A DNA stretch of 64,000 nucleotides from Marsupella aquatica (taxonomy: Eukaryota; Plantae; Marchantiophyta): the NCBI GenBank assembly GCA_973895155.1, contig OZ316896.1, positions 1,736,001 through 1,800,000 of the forward strand, in the 5' to 3' direction. A model generated the notes under the pieces. The model saw nothing but the letters and a program-made list of their open reading frames with translations. It ran no database searches and was not told the DNA's origin. Below, one piece after another: positions 1 to 13,400 of this stretch (its first letter is position 1; every line of letters begins with the position of its first letter). The translations under genes and the position numbers were made by a program.

Positions 1-444
1 TTCCTAAAATGAATAAATAGTTGTATTGCACCTTGTGATACATTTTTTATTTTTCGTTATTTGTTTGTGCGAGACAAGCAACGAAGGAAACTTTATCCTG
101 CAGCACCTGTAAAACACTTCCATCACTAAAATTTTGCATTCCAGCGTTCTTAAAGTTGTCAATTCGTTCTTTGGTTTCGTGGTGCACAACAGACATTAAA
201 AATAGACTGTCTTGGGCAGAAAACAAGAATATTCACCTTTCGGAAAATTGGGGTCGCGAATTCAAGAGACATCAAGGTCATCACTTCCTGATCACACGTA
301 ATTCGTAATTGACATTAACGGCTTTTCATCCCCCACAAAGACGCTTTGCATCGATTCTCAATCCGTTCAAGGCCGTCCCAAGATCCCACTCTACTTGGAT
401 TGAAGGTGACTGCTCGGTAGTCATCAGTCAATGGCTTACTATCG

Positions 445-1170
445 CTAACTACACGTGGTGGGTGCGCGTCCAATCTGGACACCGCTAATGACAAGGACGA
501 CGCCGATCGAATGCGATATTCTGCACATCATAGCTTTCTTCCATGTATAGAACATGATGCTGCACATCATAGCTTTCTTCAATGTATAGAACATAGCTTT
601 CTTCCATGTATAGAACATGATGCTGCACATCATAGCTTTCTTCAATGTATAGAACATGATGCTGATCGCGTCGCCATGGTAAATCCCTCTCTGCCAGTAT
701 TGGTGTCAATTCGTAGCTGTATTGACAAATTATTTCGCTGGTAAAGTTACCAAAACAAAATAGCAACTTTCGCATAGTTTAATGACTGGCACTTTCTCCC
801 CCAAGCGAACTCGGTCAAAGACATGACGATTCGTATCTTCGTTTCCCTGAAGAAGCTTCTGAGTAGCCTTCACCCATACAGCTCTTGTTCGCGTACTCAA
901 AATTATCAGGTGGCTGGACAAACGCTCGTGATCAATTCACTCTAAATGCCGAAGGTTGGCCATCCTGCCATCTTATAATCACCACCAGGAATGCTTTTGC
1001 TAGCATGATCCATGTACTATATGTCATAGCATACCTCCGTTCCTTCATTTTCCATTCTGTGAACGGGTCAGAGGAACAGATTGAACTGAACAACAGTTCG
1101 ACGCACTTCGAGGGTTTTTCAACACCAGGATTGTTCAGGATAGACCTTTGAAGTCAACGAAAGCTGTCAG
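445..1170 (-). pseudogene. Possible decayed TORNADO1-like (ROC-COR) gene fragment
   Basis: Frameshifted minus-strand peptides QLSLTSK/SILNNPGVEKPSKCVEL, KERRYAMT/YMDHASKSI and MRKLLFCF..PILAERDLPW recall the TRN1 ROC/COR region from memory; many stops and frameshifts. Confidence 0.25.
521..664. repeat. Tandem repeat, 39-bp core with 63-bp higher-order unit
   Basis: CTGCACATCATAGCTTTCTTCMATGTATAGAACATGATG repeated about 3.5 times, with one truncated copy. Confidence 0.9.
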
Positions 1171-1911
1171 TAGTGTACCTAACGTTACACTGGCTGTTTA
1201 CCCTGTCAGTGCCTTTTGACTATTATTGTACAGTTGCCCATTGGTCTAGGACATACACAGAGCTCGCTTCGCATTGCAGCGATTCTTGTTGAGCAAGGAA
1301 ATCACGCACCAAAAGGCAAGCTCTGAGGTGAAGTTGCAGTATGGAGTACAGTATTCTTGATTACACGTGGTCCATACAGTATTCTTCGTCAATGGTGGTA
1401 GAGGGGAAACTGAAATTACCTGAGTGCAAATTGATTTCGCTCAATTATTCTCGAATTCTAATGAAAACAAATCTTATGTTAAACATGATGCTTGTGAGCA
1501 AAAGAGAGCAAAACAATTCAATGGGCTTGAAGTGAAAGCATGAAAAAACAAATTTATTAATTGGAAAGACAAAACAATGATTTCTATGTACTACTAGCCT
1601 CGACTACCCGTTCTTTGAATGTGAATAGCGAAGAGGACAATAAAAAAATTATCAAAATATGTTTTCTATTCATATTCTTTGAAGATTAATGAAATGATAA
1701 AAAAAAACCTCATCATTTTAATAGTCATATATAATATATCATTCTCTTTGATGTGCACATCAAGCTTTTTGTATGCACATCTATGTTCTATGCACATATG
1801 TTGTGCTGGGCCATATTACCTATATTTTTTGAATATAAATATTTAAAAATTATCACATAAAATTGGCATGTACATACATCATAGTCATGTCATAAGTTTT
1901 TTCCATGCATA

Positions 1912-2000
1912 TGATGAGAGTTACGTCTAGAGGTTTCACTCTAGACCCTAGCTTGTGAAAAGTAAGCTGCAGTTCGCACTTTATTAGTAAGATGAATAGT
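1912..2000 (+). repeat. Dispersed repeat with GTCTAGAG-N6-CTCTAGAC hairpin (probable TE terminus)
   Basis: About 80 bp similar to 47894-47980; a related inverted copy lies at about 15510-15570. Confidence 0.6.
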
Positions 2001-2626
2001 CAAGAAATAATTGAACCAAAACCTCCATTAAATGACAAAAGAGAATTAAAGAGAAAAGGAGAACTGAAAGAGCTTTAATTTGATTTTTATCTTTTACGAG
2101 AAAGGATGACAAAAGATAAAAACAATTATGTTTTCTTGTATTTAACCTATATAGTAAACCCCTTTAACCTTGGACTTGTAAGTCATACTTGCTTGGAAAA
2201 AAACAATGTTTGAAGGGACTCATCAAATGATGCTTGAGTGTTGGAATGGGTTTAGTGTTAATACAACTTTCATGCATATTTTGGGCCAGGGGCCCTCGAC
2301 AAAATTTTGAATTTATTTGTCCTTGTCGGACTACGTGAATTGTGGAGCAAATGTTATTTCAATATTTTGCTCAAAAACACAATTGCACACAAAGGCCCAA
2401 TGAAGATTAGAACAGTAGAAAAAGGTAATGCGCTTTGAGCCGACACAGAAATGTCAATGCTTTGTTCACTTTTAGTGTGCATAGTCAATTGGCAGTACAT
2501 TAATCCACTCTGTACTGCCCTATCTCAACGATGGCTGTGAGAAGGAAGATTGATACAAACCCACCAAAGTTGTTAAAGAAAATGAGGTTTGGCAAACAAA
2601 AGGGTACTCAGTTGTTGCTGAGCCAT

Positions 2627-2698
2627 CACCACTGCCTGGGATCTAACCCGGGTCACCTGTATGACCGGCAGGAATACTGACCACTATATTACAACAAC
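2627..2698 (-). pseudogene. tRNA-Asp(GTC) pseudogene
   Basis: Reverse complement GTTGTTGTAATATAGTGGTCAGTATTCCTGCCGGTCATACAGGTGACCCGGGTTAGATCCCAGGCAGTGGTG aligns over 72 nt without gaps to plant cytosolic tRNA-Asp; about 13 substitutions, including T-loop TTCGA>TTAGA and U33>G. Confidence 0.85.
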
Positions 2699-3248
2699 TT
2701 TGCAATTTTTGCCCGCGAAAGATTACAAATAATAACTCTATGGTCAAATTTGAGCATCTTTCATCTTTCGTGGAGGTTTAATTCGCTTTCATACAGTTCT
2801 TGTTTAATGCTTATCATGGCACCATTAATATAAAGCACTCCCACTAAAACTGGGATGTGACCTAGCCCCGTACTACCCAAGGCATTTCTTTATTTTCACC
2901 CTGCATGAGCCTGTTCAGTGATGGAATAGGGTAATAAACCTTCTAATTCTCACAGTGTGTTGAACTTAGTGATTTGAGATGAATTTAATAAAACCTGGGA
3001 TGGATTAAATTTTCTCAGGAAGAAAATCACTTTTGTAGGGGCCAGAATAGTCTCTTGTGAAAAGTATAATTGTTTGGGTTTCCATCACGACCAGAAAAGC
3101 TACATTGTTTATTGTAATTAGTGTTATGCAAGATTTAGCATAAATACAAAATTAGTGTTACTCGCACAATTTTTGGTGAAAGCGGTTTTGAGTCCAACTC
3201 ACTAATTTTTGATGGTTTTGAGGAATCCATCAGGTTTCACTATCACCA

Positions 3249-3314
3249 AGATACCATCCTTATGGGGCATGTATTTAAGTGCAGATACCATCCTTATGGG
3301 ACATGTATTTAAGT
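3249..3314. repeat. Tandem duplication, 34-bp period
   Basis: AGATACCATCCTTATGGGRCATGTATTTAAGT x2. Confidence 0.9.
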
Positions 3315-3357
3315 AGCCCATAGCTTTTTGGTACTGGCCCTAAGAGCACTCTCCTGT

Positions 3358-3481
3358 CCTTGGCTGTAACTCAATTAGGGCCCTGCTTTGACTTCCCTAA
3401 TGGAACGAGGAGCTAAGACCTTGGCTGTTAACTCAGTTAGGGCCCTGCTATGACACTCCCTAATGGAACGAGGAGCTAAGA
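3358..3481. repeat. Tandem duplication, ~61-bp period
   Basis: CCTTGGCTGT...TAATGGAACGAGGAGCTAAGA x2 with small indels. Confidence 0.9.
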
Positions 3482-4318
3482 GAACATTGTGTCATGGCAA
3501 GGGCATTCTGCATGATGTCATGGCAGAGGCAATGTGTCATGGGCAGGGCACTCCCCTTTCGTCTGGATACTAATCTAAGAAATTTCTGGCAGGGACCAAA
3601 GTAGGTTATTGCTCTTCCTCTCGGGACATGTCCAAAATGAAGCCCGTGGGCCGAAGTCTCTTCTGGGAGAGCTTCACCTAATATATAAATGTACTGTTGG
3701 AAAAGGGAACGACCAATCACGTCATTGAGATGTCCAGCCAGTTTTACATTAGATAGAAAGGGAGACCCCAACTAATTACAAAACTTCTGTGCCCGCGAAT
3801 TTACCAGTAGTTTTGTGAACACAATTTTAGAAAACGCTCCACAATCTGCAGGGGCGTTTTGGGTGAGATATCAGGCAGCCCGCTTCCTTGCAATCATCGT
3901 CGGCACAGCCTGTCAATTTCTCCTCAGGCAGCACTGACCTATATCATGATATCATCTCTTACTCGTCCAAGGAAAAAGACAACCTCCACAATCTTGACAA
4001 GATGGCGTAAGACATGAGACTCCTCTAGGCTGAAATTTTACAAAATAATGGTCCGGACCGTTGCCTCAACTTCCAGCTGTAGAGCAAATTCAATTCGATG
4101 AGGGATGGAATCACCCGCAGGCAACCAGAAACCTTATCCGTCGACAGAATCTAGATATGGAATTGTTGGACTCGCTTCAAAGCCAAGGCATCTCCTATAT
4201 TTAACCAATTTCTTTTGTGTTTCCCTCTGAGTGAATCCGGAGCATTGCCCTTCCGAGTTTTATCCTTTGTACAGACCACTCAAACCTGAACTTAGCCAGG
4301 ATGACGGTGAAGACAACG

Positions 4319-7300
4319 CTAATCACCTTCAACTGAAAAATCAGGCTCAGAAGGCTTCGGTATATTGGGAATATGGGAAGACATCTCTGCAGCATGCATG
4401 CTTCTAAGCCTTTGTACACCTCGCATGGCGTTCGCTGCAAATCGGGAAGCATAAAACGTGGCTCCAAGGCTCGGTGACATGGATCCAACCCGGTCATTGG
4501 TTGCCAGAGTTTCCTGGAGTGTGTACTCCTCTTGTAGCCTTGGAAGTTCTACCAATTTTCTTCTTTGATAGCGGCGCCATGCAGCCTGGATGAAGCATGC
4601 AGCCCAAGTCCTCCACTGGTGAGAGTAGTAACGAAATGTATGCTGCAGCTGCTTGCTGTGGAGTCTGCGGAACTGACTCGCTACAAACTTCAGGTCCTCG
4701 GCTTCTAAAGCAAAAGCCTCAACCTCGATCAATGTTTTCACTGTCCGAGTAGATGATGGCAAGCTTTTACTGGGTCTTGGGTCCAAAGCCCAGGTGAGGA
4801 GCTCCTCTCCACAGAAATCTCCTGGTCCTAGTGAACCAAAGTTGAAAAAGCCAGTTCGACCGCCATTTGTCGTAACACTGTCTAGGCGCCCGCGAATGAT
4901 GAAAAGCATCTCATTGACAGGGTCACCTTCACGGATAATGTACGTATGCTGTGTGTTCAAAGCAGGTTTTAGTCGTTCACAGATTGCATCCAGCAATCGG
5001 TCATCCATTTGATCAAACAAAGGCACCTGCACAAAGACCGGACGTCAAGTTCAGCAGATGGTAAACCAAAAGGCTGCTAGAAAAGCATGATCAGCAGTTT
5101 AACAATAAACAGGAAAAACTCAGCTAGAGATAAACAACTCTCCACAGGCCTCAATTACAAAAAAGGAAAGAGATCAACGAACGTTCAGGTGCCAGATAAA
5201 AAATATGGGCATTGCTATTACGAACATCTGGCTTGGAAAGTTTTCACTAGACTTACCCTCCGGACAAGATCCAAACAAAGATGCCGTTTAATGTCTCTGC
5301 GGAGGTCCAATGGCAAACCCTGAAGAAGATATCCTTCATCAACACCTCTGGTTGCCACCCACTTGTATTGGTCATAACTTCGTACCCGGTCTATCAAATC
5401 CACTGGGAGCTGGCGATGTTTCATCCATTGCTCGGTATCCCTACGCTTCACTCTCATTTCTTCAAGCCTCACGGTCAATGATTGCAAGTACGTCTACAGC
5501 ACACCACCAAAGATTCAGCACCAAGTACCCATGTCTCTAGCAATTCAAGAGACATTCATGGACACAATATTTGGACACTAATTACTACTGAAGAAATGCA
5601 TCCTGTTTCGTGACAGCAACAGTTTCTTCGCTCAAGAACAGACTCGCGAAGTTGTGTTATTTTCAATAGAGGGGAACCAACCTGCATATTTCCGATGAGC
5701 AGTGCGAACAGGAGCAAGCCTGCAACGACTATGGCAATGGCGAAGAGTATCTCCCAGAAGTAAGTGCTAACCTGGAGTGTCTGACCTAGAGAGCTGCAAT
5801 CCCAAATCATTACCATTCACATGCGTTAGCTAAGTTTTGACAAAGCCGTATGGCCAATCAACCAGTCAAAACTGAACGATCCAGAAATCAAACTACAAAG
5901 TTAGACGCGTTTTCTTGTCCATAGTTGCAAAGGGAGGATGTCAGAATGCCACAGCCTACAGTGAAAGAGCTTTACTGTTCAAACCGCTTTAGCAGACTCA
6001 GTTCCAGTTTTCCAACCTAAAATTCAAAGTCGAAAAATTCAATGCCATAACAAATCTACGACCAGGATTGCCACAGTAGATGTTTTCCATTCTCATAGAA
6101 AAATTTAAGAAAAACAAGACCACCAGCCAGATCGGCATATTACATGCTCCACCAATCGCGAGTAGATAACACTATGGAATGGGGAACAGACGAAGAGAGT
6201 CTACCAAACTGTATCCTATTAGCGAAATGACCCGGGTCCAAAGGGGTCAACCACATAGCCAATATAAGCCAGTTTTATGTGATTAAGCTGATCCCGCTGC
6301 TGTTTGATCACATGCTGAACTGGTACAATAGGCCAAGATGCAGATTGCAGTGCATCTCCCAAATAAACAAATACTCCTCACAACTTTCGCTGTTAGCCTC
6401 AACGGTCCAAACTGGCAGAGGTCAGAAAGACGAAAACTACCAGAAGTACTCACCTGAGATTTAGTAACCCAAACCATAGACAATAAACGTATTTGTCTAG
6501 GAAGTTGATGCTCGTAGTGATGTTGTAGTTCACGGCATTGATATAAAGTCCATAGTTGAATCCGCCCGGACTGTTGGACCCTAAACAATCGTTGCTGACA
6601 TTCTGCTTTTGCAACCATGTATCGCGTGCAGGATTGCTGTTGAGGCTGCCACAATCAAAATACGATTTGAGACAGCCGTCGGTATCGGAACAAAAACTCC
6701 GCCAGCAAGTGTCTTGCCTCTCGACTGCAAGGAGGTAATAACAAGCCCCAACCACCTGAATAAGAAAGCAGTTTTCATCATCACATTACCATATCAGAAT
6801 ACATGTCACATTTGATAGTGCTTCACTGTCACATTAAGCACACAGCTGTCGGAATACTTAACGAAATAATCACTTTCAACTACGATAGCCTCCTCTATCG
6901 CACATTCAAGACGTCAAATCAGGTACGCAAAAATGCAGAGACCTAGACGACTTACATGACTTGCAAGCAAGTAAAGGATGAGGTTGTACGCGGCACCAGC
7001 CCAGGCTGTTTCCATGACGACCCCAGTGGTTTTCACCATCTGGGACGTCAAAGGGAATATCCGGAATAGCCTGGGAAGGTACTGGAAGAAAACAATCAAT
7101 CGCAAAGCATTCTTCGTGTTGTCTGCAGTTGCACCCTTCAGCAAGGGTATGAAAACCCATATGACAACCTACCACAGTAATCCACAACCTCAGATCAACT
7201 CAGTGCCATTTGGACTTCAGATTAAACTTTCCATATTAAGTTACCGATCAACAATTAATCATAAGAACAGCAGCAAGAAAAGCCACATCAGCAATTCTTT

Positions 7301-8821
7301 GAGCAGCACATGAGAGGAGTAGTGACGATTGAGTAGCTGACCCTCAAATCAACAACTGGGCAAACCTAGATACATCAAGAACACTTACTTCTCCCAGAAT
7401 CAGGATGAGAAAGTAATAAGGAAGTCCAATTCAGATACACAATTCTAGCCTTCTTGATATGGGTCGTCAAACCAAAAAATATAGGCTGAGCAGTATGGAA
7501 CAAAGTAAGGATATAGTATGAAGCAGGTCAGCCGAATTCCAATTCTAAAAGGCGTAACATGCATTCGTTTAACACATATCATTAAGAGGTGCAGGAAGAA
7601 CCCATCGAGGAGTATACACGCTGAAAAAGGGGAGAGATTTTAGCCCCCCAGCAAAGCGACGTGCCCCCTGGATAGGTGGGACAAAGATGAAAGATAGAGG
7701 ATAAGCTACATCAAACTAAAGAAACTAGGTGGTATGCTACACGGGAGACATGGACGACAATTTGCGTTGACTCTCCTTGTGCTACGGAATTGACTTGTAG
7801 ACGGCAGGGTCACAGCTCGAACCCAGGGGCTCAGTGAGTAAGCGTTGGAGCAAATGCGACGGACTGGGAGGAGGGTCCTGTGCTCACCTGTGGAAGCGGT
7901 AACACTGCTAAAAGGTCCAACCAAAAGTCCTTCCTGAGATATCGTGCCGCGATCATTTTAGGGTCTATTACAAGCTCCCCCCTCCCAAATACTCGTGAAG
8001 AAGGTGCGATGAACGCCGTCCGAAACTGGAGGCCCATGTGAACAAGATACAATGTGTCCGTGCACGTCCGGAGCACCGTTACTACTACAGCCAGCTTCTT
8101 CTCGATTTTTATGCACACATTATTCCCGTCGATAATCGGCAGGTAGAAAAATAAAGGATCCACAAATACTGCCACCAGACATGACATGACGAAGAACTTG
8201 TTCCATTTTTGAACAAACCCGCTCCGAGGATCCAAAACCTTCTTCTTGCTGGAATCGAGGTCTTCGGCAAAAACTCTTGTGAAGGGAGATTTCAGACTGC
8301 GGCCAAAACTCTTGATACTGCTCGAGCCCTTCTCCCATCCCTTTTTCACAGAACTCGTGGTCCTCTCGAAGCTAAAGCTCTTATGAAGCGAATCTGATTC
8401 TGACCCCTTCTCAGATTCGGCGTCATTGTGAAACCTGTCCATCAAAAGGTGAAGTTACAAATCAAAATATCCAAGAATCACCCACCATGGGTGGCAGTGT
8501 AAATCTTCAATCCAAGAGTATGAAGCATTCGCAAAGCTTCTCAAGTCAGATGGCAGACAAAGGCACCATTTGTGTATTAGAGAAAACAGAGAGAGAAAGA
8601 GAAAGCTTTAACTGTGACATGCACACAAGGGCCAGGAATTGAACCAATGGTCACAAGGCGCAAAGTCACAAAAATACAGGGCGACCACCGATGTGCATCA
8701 AAGAAGTGGGGCAGTGATAAGGTGTGCACCTAGGCGGAGAGATAAAATCAAACCTAACGAATTTCCGGTTTTGGCCACCCATTTGCTGGACTTTGACGCG
8801 TCCGACATCATGATTCTTCAT
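4319..8821 (-). CDS. CNGC: Cyclic nucleotide-gated ion channel, ~728 aa (715 aa from alternative ATG at 8782)
   Basis: GT-AG exons 8821-8754, 8434-7888, 7168-6956, 6755-6454, 5793-5682, 5493-5257 and 5026-4319 join in frame. Motifs: KFVRF start, DPLFFYLP, pore WFGLLNLSSLGQTLQVS, IGNMQTYLQS, CNBD (GDFCGEELLTWALDP, SSTRTV, EVEAFAL), IQ motif FIQAAWRRY and YASRFAANA. Confidence 0.95.
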
Positions 8822-10899
8822 TGTGGGTGGGCTCTGCAAAATATGGCAAAGCAGCTCAGCCTCACACCAGTCGGCTACTCACCACCCCCACCACAGTTTC
8901 CGCCCACAGTTTCCACCCACGAATAACACCAGCTAGACCTCCAAATACCGCGCAAACTGGTAATTGTGATCTGGGAATGATTGACTCATAGCACTGAATC
9001 CGTTCTCTCTTTCCACGTCCCACCGGTTGCTCTGACAGCCTTCCCGTCGCTTAACCCTTTCCTGTAAGAAGAAAGTTCAGAGCCTCTGGAGGGCTAACTC
9101 CCTTCCAAATCGAACAAATTCGCATCTCACAGTCTGTCAACACACCATCGCAACATTGCTCCCCTGTGCCCGGAGACGAAAGCGAATGTGGAGAACCCCC
9201 GCAGCAGGAATTTGTCACAGTTCAGCGACTCTAGAACTATGACGGAATCCCTGCGCAGCAACCATCCTGCCACGAACCCAAACCAGGAACGTTTGGCACA
9301 AGCAATCCATGACAACCGTGAGAAGATCCGATTGCTCCGTTGCAACCCTTTCGTCCCTCCATCCGTCCGAGGCGAGCTGCAGTGCGATTCTACAGTACTC
9401 TCAATCGAGATCCGGAGAAAGCAAACATGTCCACTCAAGCAGTTGACCTGCTCAAGCTCGCATTCAACCTCCACCTTGTGAAACCAATGTGCACTGTCTC
9501 GTCCTCCTCCTCACTCTCCCTCCCTCTCTCCTCTCCGGAGTCAGGACTGCAGGCTTCGTCCGCCCCCTAAACGTGTTCACTGTCACCCGACCAACGACGG
9601 AGCGAAAGGCGACGACTCAGTCTCCTTCTTCCCAGCAGCTCCTCTTCGGACCTGACCGCCTCCGGCAAACCCCACAGAGCTCTCTCAATACGTCTTCTCC
9701 GAGGGAAACTTCTCATCAAAGCCCTTCCATCAAAGATCACCTCATTGAGAATAATAGTCTACTACGCCTCGCCCAGTTCCATCCCCTCTGCTGCCACAGC
9801 ATTCCTAGGGGGCCACCAACGTTGTTCAAGTCCCCTCCTTTGCGGGACGAATCAATCCTCGCACTCGATGTCGTACTGTTCCATCCTACTTGCTAAAAGT
9901 GTGCGTGCCTAGTGCCAGCCCCACCGAGGCAGGAATGAATCCCCAGAGGCCAGAGCTTCGCAAAGGCTGCTCTGGGTAATCACTACTCGGGGCAGAAGGG
10001 GTCAATTTCGTTTTGAGTCATTTGTGATTTGTTGCCTTCAACTTCACTTCCATTCACGAATGCTAACGTGAAGATTGAAAAGGAACCTCGTGTCTCGGCC
10101 ACCGCTTTGGTGTCACACGGTCTGTCCAAAGTCGGGACTATTTGGTGTTCTTAATTCGCGACAGTATACGGTGAAAAGGGACGTCGGGAATGGACAGGCA
10201 GCGAGTCAGCCGGCACCGGTAGTCGTCGCCGGGCTTTCACGGAAACGCACCTGCTGCCACCAGGTCGCCCGGTGGTGGGGCCGGTTCCCCGGTGGTGGGG
10301 CCGGTCGCCCCCGGTCGACCGGATTCTTTTTACTTTAGCTAATGTCAAAACGAGAAGATGCTAGCCATATTCCTTATCTTATTTTTGGGTATTTAATTTC
10401 TCATGGGCAGGCCCCTGTATTCAAGGAGTACCGTTCGATTCTGGTTCATGAGGTCTGTGGCTAGGCGGGAAACAGTGAAGTTTTTACAAAAGACATACTT
10501 TTTTGAGAGGTTGAATCCAGCCAATCCGGGCACCCACTGGTTGCCCTGTCTGCAATCGGATGTTTCAAGGCAAAGAAACGATACTCATTGATGCATGTTC
10601 CAATTGTAGGCGCACAATCTTGGACACAACAAACGTAAAATTTTCTGGTAGATATGCTAGTGTGGAAGACCTCCATTTTTTATTCAGTCCTACTTCTAAA
10701 GATACGCCACAAACAACAATGGAGCTATATACGTGAAGCCACCAGATAGAAAAAGAATTTCCACTCCTCCACCCGTAAGTATGTGTTGAAGGGGGGGCGG
10801 GGAGTATGTGTTAAAAGGATTGCCCGTTTCGCTACAGTCAACTACATGGCATCAAAGGAGACGGGGAAGTTACAGGGGACCAAAGCAGTGGGTGATGGC

Positions 10900-13400
10900 A
10901 GATGGAAGAGGAGAATACTCCTCCATTTCCATAGGTTCCTGGCAAGGTTGTTAGTCACTAGGCCATGTCATTGGGTGGATGCAACCAATGTTAAAGTGTA
11001 GCAGTATAGACAGGTAGGAGCATATCAGATCAACACTTCCACCAAAACTTGGGTCTAGTGAATGCTAGTAGTCCCAGGGTTATCTTCTCCAAGCCCAAAT
11101 GTCCATGATTGAGTTCATTGTCTTTGAATTCCTTAGTAAAGAAATTATTTATTCCTCACTCAAGAAATCATTGTCTTCCCAAAGTCCAAAGATTGTCCCT
11201 ATACGAACCTAGTAATCTTTGTACTTGTTTAATGACAAAAACAGTAGTTGATTTCCTGGATCATCTTGTGGGCTAATTATGCATTGCAAGTGTTTAATGA
11301 CAAAAACAGTAGTTGGTTTCCTGGATCATCTTGTGGGCTAATTATGCATTGCAAGTAAATTTGAAGACAAAATATCTTGAACTTGTGTACTAAACAGCAT
11401 TCCTTAATCATAGTTTTCATTCTTTTCCCTATAATTGCAGTAGTAGGGGTGTCAAACAATAATAACTAGCAATTCGAAAACTGGCATACTTCTCAATTCC
11501 TCTTAAAAGAACCATCAAGACTGAGACCAAACATTGCACATGGGGGACAAAAAGAATTTTTTTGCATGGTGATCAATACTTTGACCGGCCACATCAAACT
11601 TGTCATGTAGCATAAGCAAGCCTGGCTCTGCTTGTTGTAAAGGTCCTACTATGTTGTATCTATCAAGCAACTCCTACATTGTAATGGTAGAGTTGTAGGA
11701 AAGTTTCAGATTCCCTGATATTCTGCCTCATTCTTCATCACTTCTCACAATGTACCTCTTGAACTACCCCATGACTTTTTGGCAAATAATCCAACACCTT
11801 GAAGTTTGATGTCCTCCCACAAATTACATTCCTTGGGATCATAATATTTGGCATGTCCCACAAGCTGGCACATCAATTCTTGGGGACAGTTTGTCCAACT
11901 TAAAACCTCTGCCCAAAGCGTTTTCCATTTTGGGTAGAATAATTGGAGGCACCTCAGATGTATAGTTGCCCAGATACTCTTACTAGAGTCAGGTGACATA
12001 TAGACTATGCAAAAGCATCATAGACCTGTCTGCCCAGTCAACAATCCCACTAGTTGGCAGATTACTCCCTCTTTCCTCTTAGATCATGTGGGCTTGTCCC
12101 TTCAATTGATTCTCAATACACTTATGGAGTCTTGTCCTCTTAATTCATTCTTTTCGGACTCAACTTTGCACTTTGCTCCAATTTGTTTCCAATGGCCAGA
12201 TATACCTATAGTGAAGTCAAATGACATGAGTTACCTTGTTGGAAACTACTTTGGTTATTTTGTCCTATTTTTTGTATCTCTGTTTCAGTGTGCCATAGAT
12301 CAGGTGCATCTTCTGTTTGATTGGATTTTGACTTTCTGTTTTCCTACCTTCATACCTCTGTATTTGTTTTTCAATGTTACTATTTGTATTGAACATGCTA
12401 TTCTTGTCCTTATGCATTTAAGATCAATTACTTTTAATAAATTACAGATCTATTTGAAATTCCATCCTACAGGGCGACGGTATATTTGTGAGAAAGAAAG
12501 GTGAGAATATCTTAAAGATACCCCCTCCACTTTTAAGTTCTCCTCAAAGTTTGCTTCCTAAGTCTATGGTTAAATTGAGAGACTTGTGTGCCAGGACCTA
12601 AAGTCATTATGTGAGTGTACATGAAAGGCCCAACCCTTCTTTGAAAGGGGTTCACAACCTTGTGGTCCAGAGTTAAAAAGTTGTTTCCACCATCATATAT
12701 GGCCAATAAAATAACAAATTTCTCAAGATAAGAAATAGAAACTAAGTACACAGATCTGCCAGATATGATCACTTCTAACCCCATGACATGATGTGGGGAG
12801 GGTTAAAGTGGGGCCAACACTTTGTAAGGATGAGCCCTCAGGAGAGGGCTCAACTATCAAGTCACCTAAACCTAAGGTTGTCTTAAAGAAAAACTTGTTG
12901 CTGATTTATCTGCATACCATAGTTTTTAAAGCTTTTTGTCATCACTAGATGAAGGATCTTGAAAGTTGGAGCAATGGAGAGAAACATGGCACTGAAGCTT
13001 GGGTTGCTCATTTGGTAATCTAATAACTGATTGCAAAACATTTTTCTTCTTTTTCTTATCTAGAGAAATTATTGGTACTTATCTTTTTGCCTACCTACAC
13101 ACCCGCCTACACACAATGGAGCTTGTCTACAAGAGAAGGATTTCCTAGATATACTGTCAAAGAACTGGGAAAGCACATAGCTCTTGTGGTGTATGTTTAT
13201 CTCCTTTGAAGTTTTTCAAGTAACGACTTCTTGGCTTAGTCATGAGCTCAGCATCAACTTAGGGAATGTGTTGTCATGCGGGGATTGATAATGTATGGGA
13301 GATGCAGGACTAGGGGCACAATAGAGGAGGTGTGAGAGAGTCATGGCAGTGTTAAGGATGTTAGAAGACAGCACCTGAGGTGGCACCTTTCTAGTCATTC
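10900..13400 (-). mobile_element. Highly degenerate Ty3/Gypsy gag-region remnant (boundaries approximate)
   Basis: CpG-poor, stop-riddled minus-strand fragments YDGGNNFL, CQLVGHAKYYDPKECNLWEDIKL (Zn-knuckle-like), RYNIVGPLQQ and AFTRPKFW resemble bryophyte Gypsy gag sequences. Confidence 0.4.
11226..11356. repeat. Tandem duplication, ~65-bp period
   Basis: TGTTTAATGACAAAAACAGTAGTTGRTTTCCTGGATCATCTTGTGGGCTAATTATGCATTGCAAG x2. Confidence 0.9.

Noticed and set aside
445-775. Short repetitive ORFs as real peptides
   Set aside because: Open on both strands simply because the 39/63-bp units are multiples of three.
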